The notes under the pieces: generated by a model | Database searches by the model: none | What the model saw: the letters and a program-made list of their open reading frames with translations, nothing else | What the model was told of the DNA's origin: nothing | Assembly (NCBI GenBank): GCA_051362555.1 | Contig: JBPQGU010000016.1 | Location: 248,001-312,000, forward strand | Direction of reading: 5' to 3' | Source of the DNA: Lingula anatina | Lineage: Eukaryota; Animalia; Brachiopoda | Length of the DNA stretch: 64,000 nt | Program-made: the position numbers and the translations under genes | Shown: positions 51,064 to 64,000 of the stretch, piece by piece | Layout: the number at the start of each line of letters is the position of its first letter | Position numbering within the stretch: the stretch's first letter is position 1

Positions 51064-52223
51064 TTACACACGCTGGGAACCTATTTAAGCGACTGGGATG
51101 TTTGTAACCGTAGAACCATTTTTTATTTGTTCAATAATGAGGTCGCTGCATTGTATTTCAGTGGCATGGGGACAATACGATAACCCCAGTACTTTCTAGC
51201 CGCTGTCCTGTGACACCAAGGAATCTGACACCTTGACAGTTTATGTATCATAGTTGTGCACGTGGATATAATTAAGTTGAGAGTTAACGCGTGCTAGGAC
51301 GCCCTTGTAGTCACTCATCTCCCATTAGAGGAAAATGACCTGTCCTTAGTCCCTTGACCCGAGAATGTATACAAATACACACACTAAACATTGCAGGGAA
51401 GCTGCAAGGAGCCGGTGTAACAGAAATGGTAGTCAGCTAGGAACTGCAGTCCATTCCCCTTTACTACAGGTTATTTTGTCCATATATTGTGTTCTAGCCC
51501 CTACACTCCGACTAACCCTAGCCTGTACATATCATATGGGACCCCGTACTTAGGCAGTTAGATTCATGATATCTGTTGTATAATGCACCACGTAACTCTC
51601 ATAAATTTATATTTCGTGGTAAAAATCCATGCTGAAGTCAGTCGACGTGGTTCTGGGCGGCGAACAATATGTTTGTGTTAAATTCCAACATTTAGTAAGC
51701 GAGGAGGAGGAGGTCCAATCCAAATTAAAATAAGTGCGCAATATTACCGCGTTAACAAAAACATCCTCCGTGTCAGCAGTGAACAAGTTATCGTGGGAAT
51801 AGGCCAGCGTTCAGCTTCCCAACTGGTTTTCCATTCGTTTAAGGGTTAAAAACATTTGTTAAACTTTTCAAGTAGTCGAGTAATGTTCTGATCCCAGTGA
51901 GTGAGTCACCGTGTAAGTCGAAAGAGATGCTAATATCCCGATCCTGGTCCGGGAGCCATACCCCGAGTTTGCAGTATCGACTGTGGACAGATGTGGACTG
52001 ATTATTTAGAGGTGAGTTGACATTTACATCTGAAAACTCGGGGTAGGGGCTGAAGACCTGGTTAAACGTTCGCCGGTGTTGATATCCGGTCCTGGTCCGG
52101 GAGTCTTGGCCTGGTCACACGTTGTCTGGTGTTTTGATATCCCGGTCCTGGTCCGGAGACTAGGCCTGGTTACACGTTCACTGCTGTTGATACTCCGGTC
52201 CTGGTCCAGAATGTCAACTGACT

Positions 52224-52396
52224 GGGGCGTCTCGATAGTCCGAAGGTTCATTGGTCCGAAGGTTCATTGGTCCGAAAAGTGGTAACATTTTCATCGATTT
52301 TTTAATCAAGGGTTCATTGGTCCGAAGTTACTATAGTGAACATTCGGACCAATGAACCTTCGGACTATTGAACCTTCGGACTATCGCTACGGCCCC
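52224..52396. mobile_element. MULE-like MITE with subterminal repeats and 9-bp TSD
   Basis: GGGG...CCCC ends; inverted arrays of gtccgaaggttcattg / caatgaaccttcggac; flanks CAACTGACT and CAACTGACA. Confidence 0.8.
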
Positions 52397-52866
52397 CAAC
52401 TGACATTACATTACGGACTGGCAGGTTAGACAAAAACATCTAAATTACTGTCTTTACGTGCATGTTTTGGATAACAGATAAATCTCCAGTGTTTAATGAC
52501 TAAATTCCTTTGAATTTACACGTGTACTTTTGCTGATGGCGTAATCACTGCGATTATGAGATAAAAATTTCAAAATCGGTTTTTCAAATCGCTCCTTTGC
52601 CTGAGCACCCACGAACACCTTTCCACGCCAATTTAATGAGTAATTAAAAACCCAAACCACTGAGTAATCCAAAACCCTGCCAGCGATTTTTCTTTAAAAA
52701 TGGATTTTTTTCCATGAAACATTGTAATTAATTAATTAATTAGGGCCTCAAACTCCACGACACAATGACGGCATGGGCGAATGCTCATGCTTATCAGCGG
52801 GAAATATAAACGCCGATCTTACATATTTTTTATCGGCAAAATGGTAGACGCATTATTGAATAATTA

Positions 52867-53080
52867 GACCCCATTCCCAGAGATAAGATCGATCCAAACT
52901 AGATCGACCTTACTCCCTGGGGGTTCACGCTAAATAGCTGTCAGCCGAGCGGGCACGAAAGTTAACTACCCCCTTACAGCTTCTAGTAGGCGGGACGGAC
53001 ATTTAAGCCGGATTATCTGACAGTAATCTAGTGAGACGCCCCACGGGGATAGATTGATCTAAATGTCTGGGAATACGCCC
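52867..53080. mobile_element. PIF/Harbinger-like MITE, copy 2 (a related fragment follows at about 53110-53240)
   Basis: Similar to 15123-15338; ccattcccaga / tctgggaatacgccc ends; TTA and TAA flanks. Confidence 0.75.
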
Positions 53081-56000
53081 TAAGATGACTTTCGCTGTTT
53101 TGATGCTCATAGGGACCATTCCCAGCAGCCTTTCAGTAAGCTTGCCAGACATCTAAGCCCTTTCATCTGAAAGCAATTTAGCGAGAAAACCCTCGGAGAT
53201 GGATCGATCCTGTTAGATCGATCTAGGTATGGGAACCCAGTCATAAACCCTGTCTGTAACTTTAATTGGGGGAGTGTTCGTGGGGTGCTCGTCTTCATAT
53301 TTACCAAGTCAAGAAGCACGTGCCGTTTCGTCAAAAAACGGATAGTGTCACCTTTTCGTATTATATTATCCCACATTAATTAAAAACCAATTTTCTAAAT
53401 GGCAAGGACTATGTAAGCTAATAACAAAGACACAGACTGCGGATAAAGTCAAAACCCAGAAAAACGTGCAAACATTTATTATCCTTCAAATGCCTAATCT
53501 TCTAGCACGCTTTGTTTAATGCGTATGTATGTATCTTTCTACCGCGGTACAGATGAGAACGTAAATAATCGTGAAATAATAGGCGTTCATGATAAATGAT
53601 TGCTCGCCACTTAAACAGTGATAGATAAAACTACAGGGGAAAATAAATCTTGAAAGGTTTGAAGCACTGTAGAAAGTAAACCAACGTTTGTGTAAAGATA
53701 ATGTGATAGCGAAATGGACCGTCACGTATAGCTGATATTATTAGTTGGCATAACGGATGAGAGAAATACTAGAAGTAAGGGGAGGATCTCAAGGAAAATA
53801 GGGGGATAAGAAGCCATTAAATCTCTATGTTAATTGAGCAATTGCTTGTACTTGTGTAAATGATGTCAATTTCCACTTGGTCAAAGTTATAGGCTGCTGA
53901 CGTTTATCTGACGCCCTGTATTTGTGAACCCGTAATTGTTTGCTTGTTACGGTAATTCGATTATTCTTACCCTTAAAAGCATTTGGTGGTAAGCAAAGAT
54001 TTTGATTATAGTTAAGTTAAGAAAAACGTGTCATTTACTGTGCGTAAGTCAATGGATAGATAAATATGAAATAAAATAAAATTGATAAGTGCATAAACTC
54101 TTGGCTATAATTTTATTGTTATTGTTTTATTTGAATGCAATATAAAACTAATCATTTTGAGACATGAAAATATTATAATTGTCTCATTATTTAACATACA
54201 AGTATTATTTTCAAAATTACGGAAGGATATTTCTAAACTAAGCAAATGAAATGTTACAAAATATATTTCTTCATTTCATTGATTACAAAGAAACAGAAAT
54301 CTTTGAAGAAAAGCAGGACGCGTCAGCGTTCTTTAAATCAATTTCAAAGTCGGCACCGACTTCGTCAATTAGGACGGCGGTATCTCAACATTTAATTCAA
54401 TGTCTAAACTCTTACATCAGCTTCAAACAGAAAATCCAGTTTATATTTTTGAAGCTTCCTTTGAAGAACCGTGAAGCGGGGCAGATAACGTCAAGTCACT
54501 GTAACCATAACACACTCGTTCTCAATATTCGCCGACATCTGACGCAGAAATCCTATCTGTTCCCATCCTAAACACGCATACTTTCATAAAGGGCACAACA
54601 CGAAGATTCGGATGCATATAATTACTCCCAATTTACCACGTGTGTTTTTTGCCTCCGAGGCTAAAAAGTAAATAAATACGATTGCCAGCACACCGTGGGA
54701 AGCAACACCCGAGTGAAGAAGGAACGCTGAATCTTCTTTTAATTTCTTCCTTGCCTCCTCCATTTGTGAACATTTGGCAATTATTTCCAACGCAATGCAA
54801 ATACGTGGGCTAGTTTCGCTTTAGGAAAAATAAATCATTTGAGATACATAAAGTAAATAAACATAAATCAAAAATGTAATTAAATTATGAATGATTAAGT
54901 GGCATTCGACACCCGGGTTATTAATTACGCAAACAAACGGCATGACCCGTGCCACATTACGTAACTTGCACGTGCCACGCATTTGTCAACGTACAACAGA
55001 CGATGTAACACTGTGAAAAGAGCCCTTCCTATCAGGCAATCTGCCGATAATTAAATCCTGCAATAGTTTTGAAGCAGAGATTGCTCTTAAACCACAAGCC
55101 ACAGAGTGGGCTTTTCGTCACCCTATTTGTGAACACAGACGCGTGATTTTTCAATACGTTTCCGACTGGAAACAGACATTTTTAAAGAAAGTGATGGGAG
55201 AGCATCAGCCACAAAGACACCAGCCACGTGTAACAATCCCCTCCAAAAATCTCAAAAACCGGCAGCCCGCTGCAGACCCATGAGTTCAAGCCAAAAACCC
55301 ACTTCAAACGCCGCACATTTTCCGGTTGGGCGGTCATATTTATCATTTATTTGTCATTAAAAATAGCTTCACGATCATGTATTCAGTAGTAAACCATATC
55401 AGCCCCCGCCCCCTCGCCCCCCCCCCCCTTTCACCCTAGCTCTCCACCCTGAGGTTTTCCTGGACTTTACGCGTTTCACACGGCCTTGCGCTACCACAAC
55501 GCAGTGCTACTCTCCCATGTAGAAATTGGTTGTCAAACAAAAGCTGCTCATCTGGTAAGAATGGGCGGTCCGATTTCACGGGGAGAAACAGACGGGAGAC
55601 ACGTGCACGGTGACAATTGTCCGCATTGATTGACAGCTCGATTGAAGTGATAAACATGCTATCGGAGGCTCTACAGGATGTAGCTAATTCAATAATCTGG
55701 AATGGAATGGAAGGGAATAGTAGGAAATTGATGCTTTAGATTCGAAGTCAAGGAAGGCGAAGTTAAATTAGAGTTAAGATGTTCTAAATATTTGTAAACA
55801 AGGGTATATATCTGTTCTCCTTGCAACCGCCCAGGGATGAAGCCAGCAATCAACACAACCTATTTGATAATAATATATACGGCTGATTTACAGGGTTTGT
55901 TAGGTGTTATCTGTTTAATTCACATGCGATGACTAGATACTTGACATCATAGGAATTACGTCTTTATAGTTTGATGAATATACCGAGAAACGACCTCTGC

Positions 56001-57181
56001 TTTACAGTGAAAAGATTAATCAGATGAAGATGGGGTTTAACAACTCCTTTTATATAAAACTCATTATTACCAATAAGTAAAAGTGGTACTGCAGTCTGAG
56101 ATATGTCATGCAATTTTGACGCATGCAATCTCCCTTTTTTCTACTTGCCTATGTTGATCGACTTAGTTGAAGTAATCCACTTATAAGGTTATGTATGGAA
56201 GGCCATTAAAATTCATAATTTAGTTCATTCAAAGACAAAACACATTTGAGTAAATGATTCACACCAGCCACCAAAAACCACTAGGCAACGTGAATTATAC
56301 ATTTAATTTTACAACCTCAAATACCAACCTTTTAATCTACTCAAATATCTCATTGCGATCTTTAGTTGCAATGTTGTTAAAACACGGAACGCTCATATTA
56401 CCCTGTCGGCCAAACGCCTCTCCCTGAAATATCGGCTCATTTTACCAGTTGCGTGGAATTCACTAGGAGCAGCGTTTCCCACGACCCGCTCGTGTGAGCC
56501 GCGCGTCCCGCACACCTGCGGTGCCCGTCAACGGCATACTCAATGGCGCCTTCACTTCATGCCTATATCGCACGCGGGGTATTTTCCGCGTACCGTTGTA
56601 TCTTACCCTGTGAATGAAGCCTATACTCCTTTATGACCTTTCTCGTTAATTATAAACCGATATTTTGATTGGATTTCAACTGATATTTTTTTGAGTTGTT
56701 TACTAGTTTGGAATGCCGTTTATGTGGGCTGTGTAATGCCGGTAGTCGTACAGAGCGTTGGTTATACAGCGTCTGGCGATGCCATCTGGCGTGCTATTAA
56801 TAAGGCACGACCAATGATTGAACGGACTGATATCAGATATTAATGACTGAACAAGAACACTTTTGTGGGAGACACTTGCGGTTTAACAGGGACATTTTAC
56901 AACTTTGCATTTAAGAGAAAAAACAAGGTGAATGTTTTCTATACTTTGAAATGTATCGAGTAATTTGTCAGTGGTTAAAAATCTATTTTATGTAGCGACT
57001 GTAAGGTAGAAAATTGAAGTTTGCAGTTCAGTATGTATTTTATTGTTTATTCTCCCTAAGAAATTGGACCATTGTCTAGGAAAGCGCGCGCTAAGTCAAC
57101 ACGAGCCCGCCTGTCAATCACGTGTGGTGTATTTCTGGGAGGTGTGTCTTTCACACACTCGCCACTGCTATATGTTTAGAG

Positions 57182-57189
57182 CGTGGGAA
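57182..57189 (+). promoter_or_regulatory. Proximal Su(H)/CSL site of Hey
   Basis: CGTGGGAA about 90 bp upstream of the Hey ATG; Hey genes are established Notch/CSL targets. Confidence 0.65.
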
Positions 57190-57277
57190 TCCCCAGTTAG
57201 TTTCAATCTAATTCCTGTCTCAGGAAAGAGCCGAGTTTGCAGACGAAGGTTCCTGCTTCCTGGAAAAATCAGCAGAG

Positions 57278-60200
57278 ATGACAAACGTCAAAAGAAGCGC
57301 CAGCGACAGCGACGGAGACGACGTGTTCGATGATTCCCTGGATGTCGGGTGAGGAAGTCCGCCTTTAGTTTTGGTGTTAATCGGATATATGTGATTTGTT
57401 TTCAGTCACTTTCAGCGACACGCGCGCACGTGACCAAGGACGTTGGGTGTTAATGCCTGCACGCGTGCACGACCTACTGCCCCACCGGCGTCTACCCTAG
57501 CTAGTGTGTCCGCGTGTACAACCAACGGCACTGTCGTCTGCAGCTTGTAAAGTTCTGAACGCGAACCGTCGTCGGCTTTCATAAGAGATGTTCTTTTTTA
57601 TATAGAAATAATATGTAGGTAAATTGATGGGAGACCCGACCACATTCGTTGCGGAAATGTGAATATCAATTTATTTGCGCGGACGTTCTGGCAACGGTAG
57701 GCCTACATAGAGAAAATTATAGGACGTATTTATATCCCGTTAATTTCTAAAAAAAAAAAATTAACGCAAAAGGCGTCGGAACATAAACTGTTAAAAAACT
57801 CAACATGTTGAAAGCTTGGCTCGAAATCGATGCTAATTCCGGACAGACGTTTTATATATTGTGCTCGTGCTGTCGGGGCGGCGTACAGCTTTAGCTGGCT
57901 ATGGTGTAACCGCGTCCTGGCTACAGCAGTTTTTGAACTTCAGTGTGGCAAGGATGCACTGTGGTTGGGGGATAATTGATTCAGGAAACGAAATATGTCG
58001 GAATACGAAGAGAGAAACGAGTACACTTCTTAGTAGGGCCTATAAGTGGACATCGCAGTCGAATATTTTACTTACTTACAGAAATAATGTTAAATTGACG
58101 CATGTTCAGCAAAGTTCTCACAGCAACCATTTCCGATAACTTGTTTTCACTTTCCCTGTATTGCCAAGCGGTGTTATTTATATTATCTGAAGACCCCTGT
58201 GTGTGCCTTCATGTACAATTAACAGGTCCTTTTTATAAGCAAAAATGTAAAACATATTTGTACTGCAGCGTTGTTTACAAGCACTTTTTCAGTGTGTTTT
58301 CGTTTAAGTCTGAAGTCTGGACTCTGGTGAAAATTTCCCATGCTTCTGTAGAACCACCCCTAATTTCATTATTCTAAATGATGAATACTTTGAATATATC
58401 AGTGAAGTATAGGAACATTGCAGTACCAAGTATATGTTTTTTACTGTGATCTCAGGGTGTAAAATAGTCGATGTTGCAACCACGATAAAAATGGAATTTG
58501 TTCTTTGGTAGCAATAGGGGCACATTGACAGTGTAAAACATTAACAAGATCGGGCCAGCTGGTCCCGCCGTGGCTCCAAAATAACACTAAACAGAACCGA
58601 CGTCCCGGAATAACAATAACAAATCTACTCAAGAGTTAAACTGAATTTTTTTCTTCTTCTTTTTTTATTTAGTTCTCCATCGCAGAGTTGCACCATGAGC
58701 GACAGGAAGAAAAGAAGAGGGGTAAGTTTGCCATCGATAACATTTCTGATATTTATTTTTACAGACACTTGTTGTTGCGTTTAATTACTGTGTTAATTGG
58801 AAAAATACTACTGCGGACTTGTCTTACTTGATTTAACACTGTTCAAATCTGCATGTATAGCAATAACGTCAAGAGGGTCAGAGTATTGAGAGAAATGAGG
58901 CAGCCAATAACTAACCGTTTCCCGAGTTAGTGACAGGGCCAGATCATTGTATCACGTGACCCCTGGTAACCGTTTTCTTTATTGACATACGTGACGGACA
59001 CTTTACGAGGACAGCCAAAACATTTTGTGGAAAAACTTACACCGCAATCGTCCATAATTGGCGATACTTTTAATGTCAACTGACCGGGTCCAAAAAGACG
59101 TTCATGGCATTCCATTCGATAATCAATATTTCAAGGAAGTAATCAGTAGTTCAAAGTTGCGATCTATGTCAGATGGGGTATTGAAGGTTGCCACAGCGCA
59201 CTTGACTCTGATGTTCGCTGTCGACTTGTGGTATGATAAAAGTGGTCCGGTCTGTGATGTTTGCCGCAATATTGACAGAGGGGATAAATACATTCAGTAT
59301 CAAGTGGGTTCTGCCGGCAGTTAAAAAAAAGAAGGGAAAAAAACAAGATTCAGGCCCGTAGACGAGGCGGGTTTGTGAGGGAGTCGAAAGAATCCCCCTT
59401 TTTTTTGCTGGGAAAGTGTTCCCTCTGGGTAATATTATGAATAGGTACACGAAGGTTTCATGGTTAAAGGTCCACTTTTTTTGAAAAAGAACACCCCATT
59501 TGAAATTGCTGGCTGAGATTTTAATCCAGAGAAAAGGCTGTATTTCAACTGACAATAGACTCTCATACTCATTCCCTTCTTCCTTATTATTAGATGACTC
59601 CCTCCGTATTTCTTTCTCTTCATTGTAATACGGTGTCTCGCCTCTCTCTCTCTCTTTTCTTCTTCTTCTTAGATGATGCTCTGTATTTTTATTTCTCTGT
59701 TTTATAATATGGTGACCTCTCTCCTTCCCCCCTCTCTCTCTCCCCTTAATATCAATTCGAGAACACAAGGAAATTAGTCTTTACTCAATGAAAATAAATC
59801 CGTCTTCTCTCACAAGCTATTAACGCGGCTACTCACAGGGTAAAACACGCTTAAATCAATTGGCATAAAACTCCAGGAATTTCTGCCTTTATCACCAAAA
59901 GCAGTAATTTCCCCCCCACAAACCCACGTAACCCTGTCGATTAATATCCCACCCCACCCTTTTTGATAGCTGCCACAGCAGTGTTATCAGATCAGAGCAC
60001 GGCTCTCTTTATGAAACGCCGAGCGTTCCCACGCCGCTACAAATGTCTATTTTTACCAGCAGTAACATCCATCTGGGCTAAATTTGCCCGTGCTTCTCTC
60101 CCGACCAGAAAAAATATTATCAATATTTTCATCTCAAACCGCACTGTAATGGGACAATGTTTGGAGAGAATACTTCGAGAGTAATTAGTCTTCAATTTGT

Positions 60201-63200
60201 CTGAACTTTTGTACGTGAAGGCAGGTGATTGGATGAAAAAAGGATGCCTAAACAGTTGATGTTAGTTAGAATTAAATGATTTCATCTGGGCTGTTTTTGA
60301 TTTTTTTTCTAAAAGAGATAGTCGGTTGCAGGTCGTGGTTATTTTTATGACCACAAACTGACCATAGACTGACCATAGACTATGTGTTTGTGTACTTACG
60401 CCAAGCGTAGCTGACCACTTATTTGGTACCGCAACGCATTTTAAGAAAGACATTTTATCTAAATTACATACGTATATCTTCACGGGCTGATTCCTGTATG
60501 ACGTATCATATCACAATTGCAATTTATTGAAAATCATCTCTTATCCAAGTTCTTAATCTTTTATCTATTCGATGATTAAATGCAAGAAACAGGACAGAAA
60601 ACAAAATACATATTGAAGAAGTTTGGCTTGACAACTGTTACATATTGTGATTGTGAGCGTGTGCAGCACGCGCCACAATCACGCGCGTGTTAAAAGGCAT
60701 GCACGTGCAGTGCGTGGTGGTTAAAGTAAGAAAGCGTGAAAGGAATTTGTTTTATCTTGGAATAGGCGGGATAGACTCGAGTTTGTGATGTGCACTTCTT
60801 TGAAAAATGAAACCAGCAAAAGTAGACAAGTACAAGTGAATAAAACACCAGCCGAGTGAAAGATCCTCATTAGTGTCAAGTCTAAAACAAGGATTGGAGA
60901 ACACACTGTAGTTACATAATGAGCGTAGCACTTGTTTGTTTAGCGAAGCAAACATATCATAAAATAAAGAGAAAAAGCAGTCAACCACGGCTTCATCTCC
61001 GCCCTGGCACGTTTTCCCAAATCATCCCGGATCAATCCAATCCCACCCGGTCACTTTGAAGAAATATTGTTTTTACCAGAGGGCGAAGCTGTCGTTAATT
61101 CCTTGAGCCGTTCATCTGGAGCGTCAACACGACATGTTAACAGCCAGGATACACGGTTTCTTCTTCTTCCCCCCCCCCCCCCGGCAAAGGCCGCTTACAT
61201 CATCAGTCGATCAAAACATTAACAAGCCGACCATTCCCCTTTACACACAGACGCTTGCGTCTTGCTTAATTTAACAACAAATTAGGGGGACCGGCCGTGT
61301 TGTTTTTTATGTGCTTTGAATTAAAGTAACGTGTACCACATCTGTATCGAACTTTGGCCCATAATTGGATAATAGCCGCCTGTTTGTTTTTCGGTGGATT
61401 GATGTTTTTCTTTCATCCCCGCAGGTGGTTTCACTAAGAGCTATCTTCTCTCGACATTTTTTCCTACAGTGGTTCGAGTCCTACAGACAGAAACTAGAGC
61501 GACCTCTAATGTCCGCTTTTCACAAAAAAATGTTCACGAAAATAAATGCCTTAGCTTCAGCTAGGATATATACTAAATAGGATAATTTTTTCACTTGTAA
61601 TTTTGTCAATGGCAAATATATAATTTCACTTATATTACTGATGTTAGTTTTTAAAGCCCTTTTTGTCTTCATAAAAATATGAATATAGCACCATATCTTT
61701 TTACAGATAATAGAAAAACGAAGACGGGATCGAATCAACAACAGCTTAGCGGAGCTGCGTCGACTGGTGCCAACTGCATTTGAAAAACAGGTAATAAAAA
61801 CAATTTTAATTTTGCCAAGTAAAATTGCCATGAGTATATGTCTTCAGGGATCCTCCCCTCCCGTAACTTTCAGTGTAACTTCAAATCCCTCAATACCGCC
61901 ACGGAGTTAATAGCCGTCGCCTGTTATTACAAATACTGTATGAAATCCGACAGAGAGCACACACGACCCAGATGACCCTGCATGAAAACAGTATGATTTG
62001 GGGGACATTATTCCCGCCCGCCAAGCGAATAAATATAGAATAGACGCAGATATTAAGTAGCGGACTCGGCGAACCGTGACCGCCGCACGCTGTTCAAGTT
62101 GACATCGCGACCGCAGTTCCCGCGTGCCGCGTGTTGATCTTACCCACTGCGCTGTGATATATGTCACTGTTGGCAGTGCAAATAGCTTCTGGTCGCCGAG
62201 AACCCTTTTCACGTCACCATGATAAAAGGAGGAGAAAAGCCGGTGACAAGGCGCGTGCCAAGCTGACCAATCCCTGCCCGAATTTGTCGCATTCCCCTCC
62301 CCAGCTGCTTGCGCATTCATTTTATTATTTCGGTGCGAGTGCGTCTTAAGAATGGCTATGCCCTACCAATATAGGGTGATGAAACTACAATAGCAATTAA
62401 CATTTGTTTACACAGAGATATTGATATTTAGAAAATATTATATCCAATGCATATTATCATGACATAATACTGTGTCATTATCGGACTTGATTGTGCTTGT
62501 ATACAATGAATGAGTTGCCTGAAATATGAGTTGCTGTATTAAGTTGTGTGTCATGATGTCAAAGCGCCTTGGAAATGACTCGAGTTATTAGCACAGGGTA
62601 CTGCTCTACACCCGAGGCCAACTGAATGATGACGTTAAATCCATACCAAAATTCTCACTGCAGAAAAAAGAAAACGAATATCTAGTGAAAAATCAATCCG
62701 TGACCCAGGTTAAAGGGCGACGATCTACCACGGACCAGTGCGTACAAAGATCACAGCGGGTCGACGTTTGTTTGCCGTTCACACCGCGGCCACTGATTTT
62801 ACCGCTCGGATTATCAAATCGATCAAAAAAGCAACACAACTTAAGAAGTACTCTGCCTATGTCCACAACGCCACGTGGCTTTGTTTGAGAGGCGATTCGT
62901 TCACGTGGGAGGATACGAGCACGCTTCACGATCAATTAATGCGTACGTTGTTTGTGTATTGGGAGAGATTTCGTACTCGGTATACACAGAAAAAATGTCA
63001 GGTTGGGCTCACTTTCCTTCCTACTTCCTGGTCCACGGGCTATTTTGCTTCCCTCTTTTGGAAATCTCAGCCGGTGTTTCCCTCCTGTTATAGTAATGCA
63101 TCTGAACAACCTCGAGCCTTTCAAAAATGAAACGATGTGGTGTCTGCATTAATTCGTATATTGACGAAAAAATGCACAATTTTGTGTAATGGCCTCTTTG

Positions 63201-63492
63201 TCTTGTAAGCGAAGCAAAACGATCTCTTTTTAATTATAAAATTTAAAAAATGTACAGATTTTCTCTCCTTGATACAATTGCAGTAGTAACGCTCTGTTAA
63301 AATGTGTGCCCGTACTCCTTAGCCAGCGTCATTAGATGACTATAGATAATATGTTTGACAGCACTTTTTAAAAAGAAAATATTCTCGCTCTAATCAAAGT
63401 GTTTGTATCTTGTCACCAGGGTTCAGCGAAGTTAGAGAAAGCTGAAATTCTTCAGATGACGGTGGATCACTTAAAGGTGCTGCACCAGAAGG
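57278..63492 (+). CDS. HEY: Hairy/E(spl)-related with YRPW motif (Hey) bHLH-Orange factor, first 4 coding exons; continues past the window
   Basis: Exons 57278-57348, 58673-58721, 61707-61790, 63420-63492 give [40 protein letters not shown]|[28 protein letters not shown]|[24 protein letters not shown]. The basic-region Gly (not Pro) is diagnostic of Hey rather than Hes. Confidence 0.96.
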
Positions 63493-64000
63493 GTAAGTTG
63501 ATATTTAGATGCATATCTGTCTTTGTTTAATGTGAAAATATTGTTTTTATTTTATTTAATGTCTTTTTTTGTATTTTTAATTGCATTTCGGATGCAATCA
63601 TCATTCCTCTTAAAGATAAGAAAAAAAACCATAGTGTACAAGTAACAACTGTTTGTCATTTGTATCCAGTACTTATTACTGATTTATGGATTCTGTATTA
63701 TACTAGAACTTAAACGTTACCTCTCTCTGTGAAGACTTCTACATCACACAAACCTTCTTACAAAAACGCTTTCATTATGCACCTGATCACACTATAAAGA
63801 TATTTTCCCCTCATTTTATGAGAGATTTTGTAATGTCCATTATAAGTAAACGTTATGAAATTACCTAATAACAAGACGTGCCTTAGTTGTGGCCATTAAT
63901 TCACCATCTAATTGATATATGGGATGTATAGTGTGCACATCGGTGTATAAATATCCCCTTTCTGCTGGAAGATAATCTCGATCGATGAAGCGATAACATC

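Noticed and set aside
57149-57189. Su(H) paired site (SPS) at the Hey promoter
   Set aside because: TTTCACAC precedes CGTGGGAA in the wrong orientation and spacing for a canonical head-to-head SPS.
59169-59768. 199-aa minus-strand ORF in Hey intron 2
   Set aside because: Driven by (GA)-rich low complexity; TTG start; no homology recognised.
62685-63152. Cluster of ORFs up to 130 aa in Hey intron 3
   Set aside because: No recognisable domain, mostly non-ATG starts, and Hey exons 3 and 4 already join in frame.

Overview
Intron-rich, AT-rich animal genomic DNA, probably a lophotrochozoan or mollusc-like invertebrate (inferred from gene and repeat types). Most short ORFs in the track are spurious, so genes were rebuilt by hand from GT/GC-AG exons with matching phases. 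Gene order: 3' end of CHRAC1 (+), tRNA-Glu(TTC) (-), a 5'-truncated but open LINE RT, a 5-exon cystin-1 (CYS1)-like gene (-), a 10-exon GH18 chitinase with CBM14 (+), two paralogous uncharacterised single-pass membrane protein genes (+), a head-to-head HDDC2(-)/MRPS28(+) pair, a Helentron-type (HINE) element carrying tandem arrays, and the 5' half of a Hey bHLH gene (+) surrounded by Su(H)/CSL sites. Many MITEs are interspersed. Main points of interest: (1) an apparent invertebrate cystin; (2) the HDDC2-MRPS28-Hey block, which matches the union of the human HDDC2-HEY2 and MRPS28-HEY1 neighbourhoods; (3) tandem arrays built from real splice sites in HDDC2 and MRPS28; (4) an unrecognised membrane-protein pair sharing an LKCxDWVxEDVY...VAHGL motif; (5) a chitinase with paired active-site substitutions and a GC-AG intron. 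All homology calls come from recalled sequences; no searches were run.
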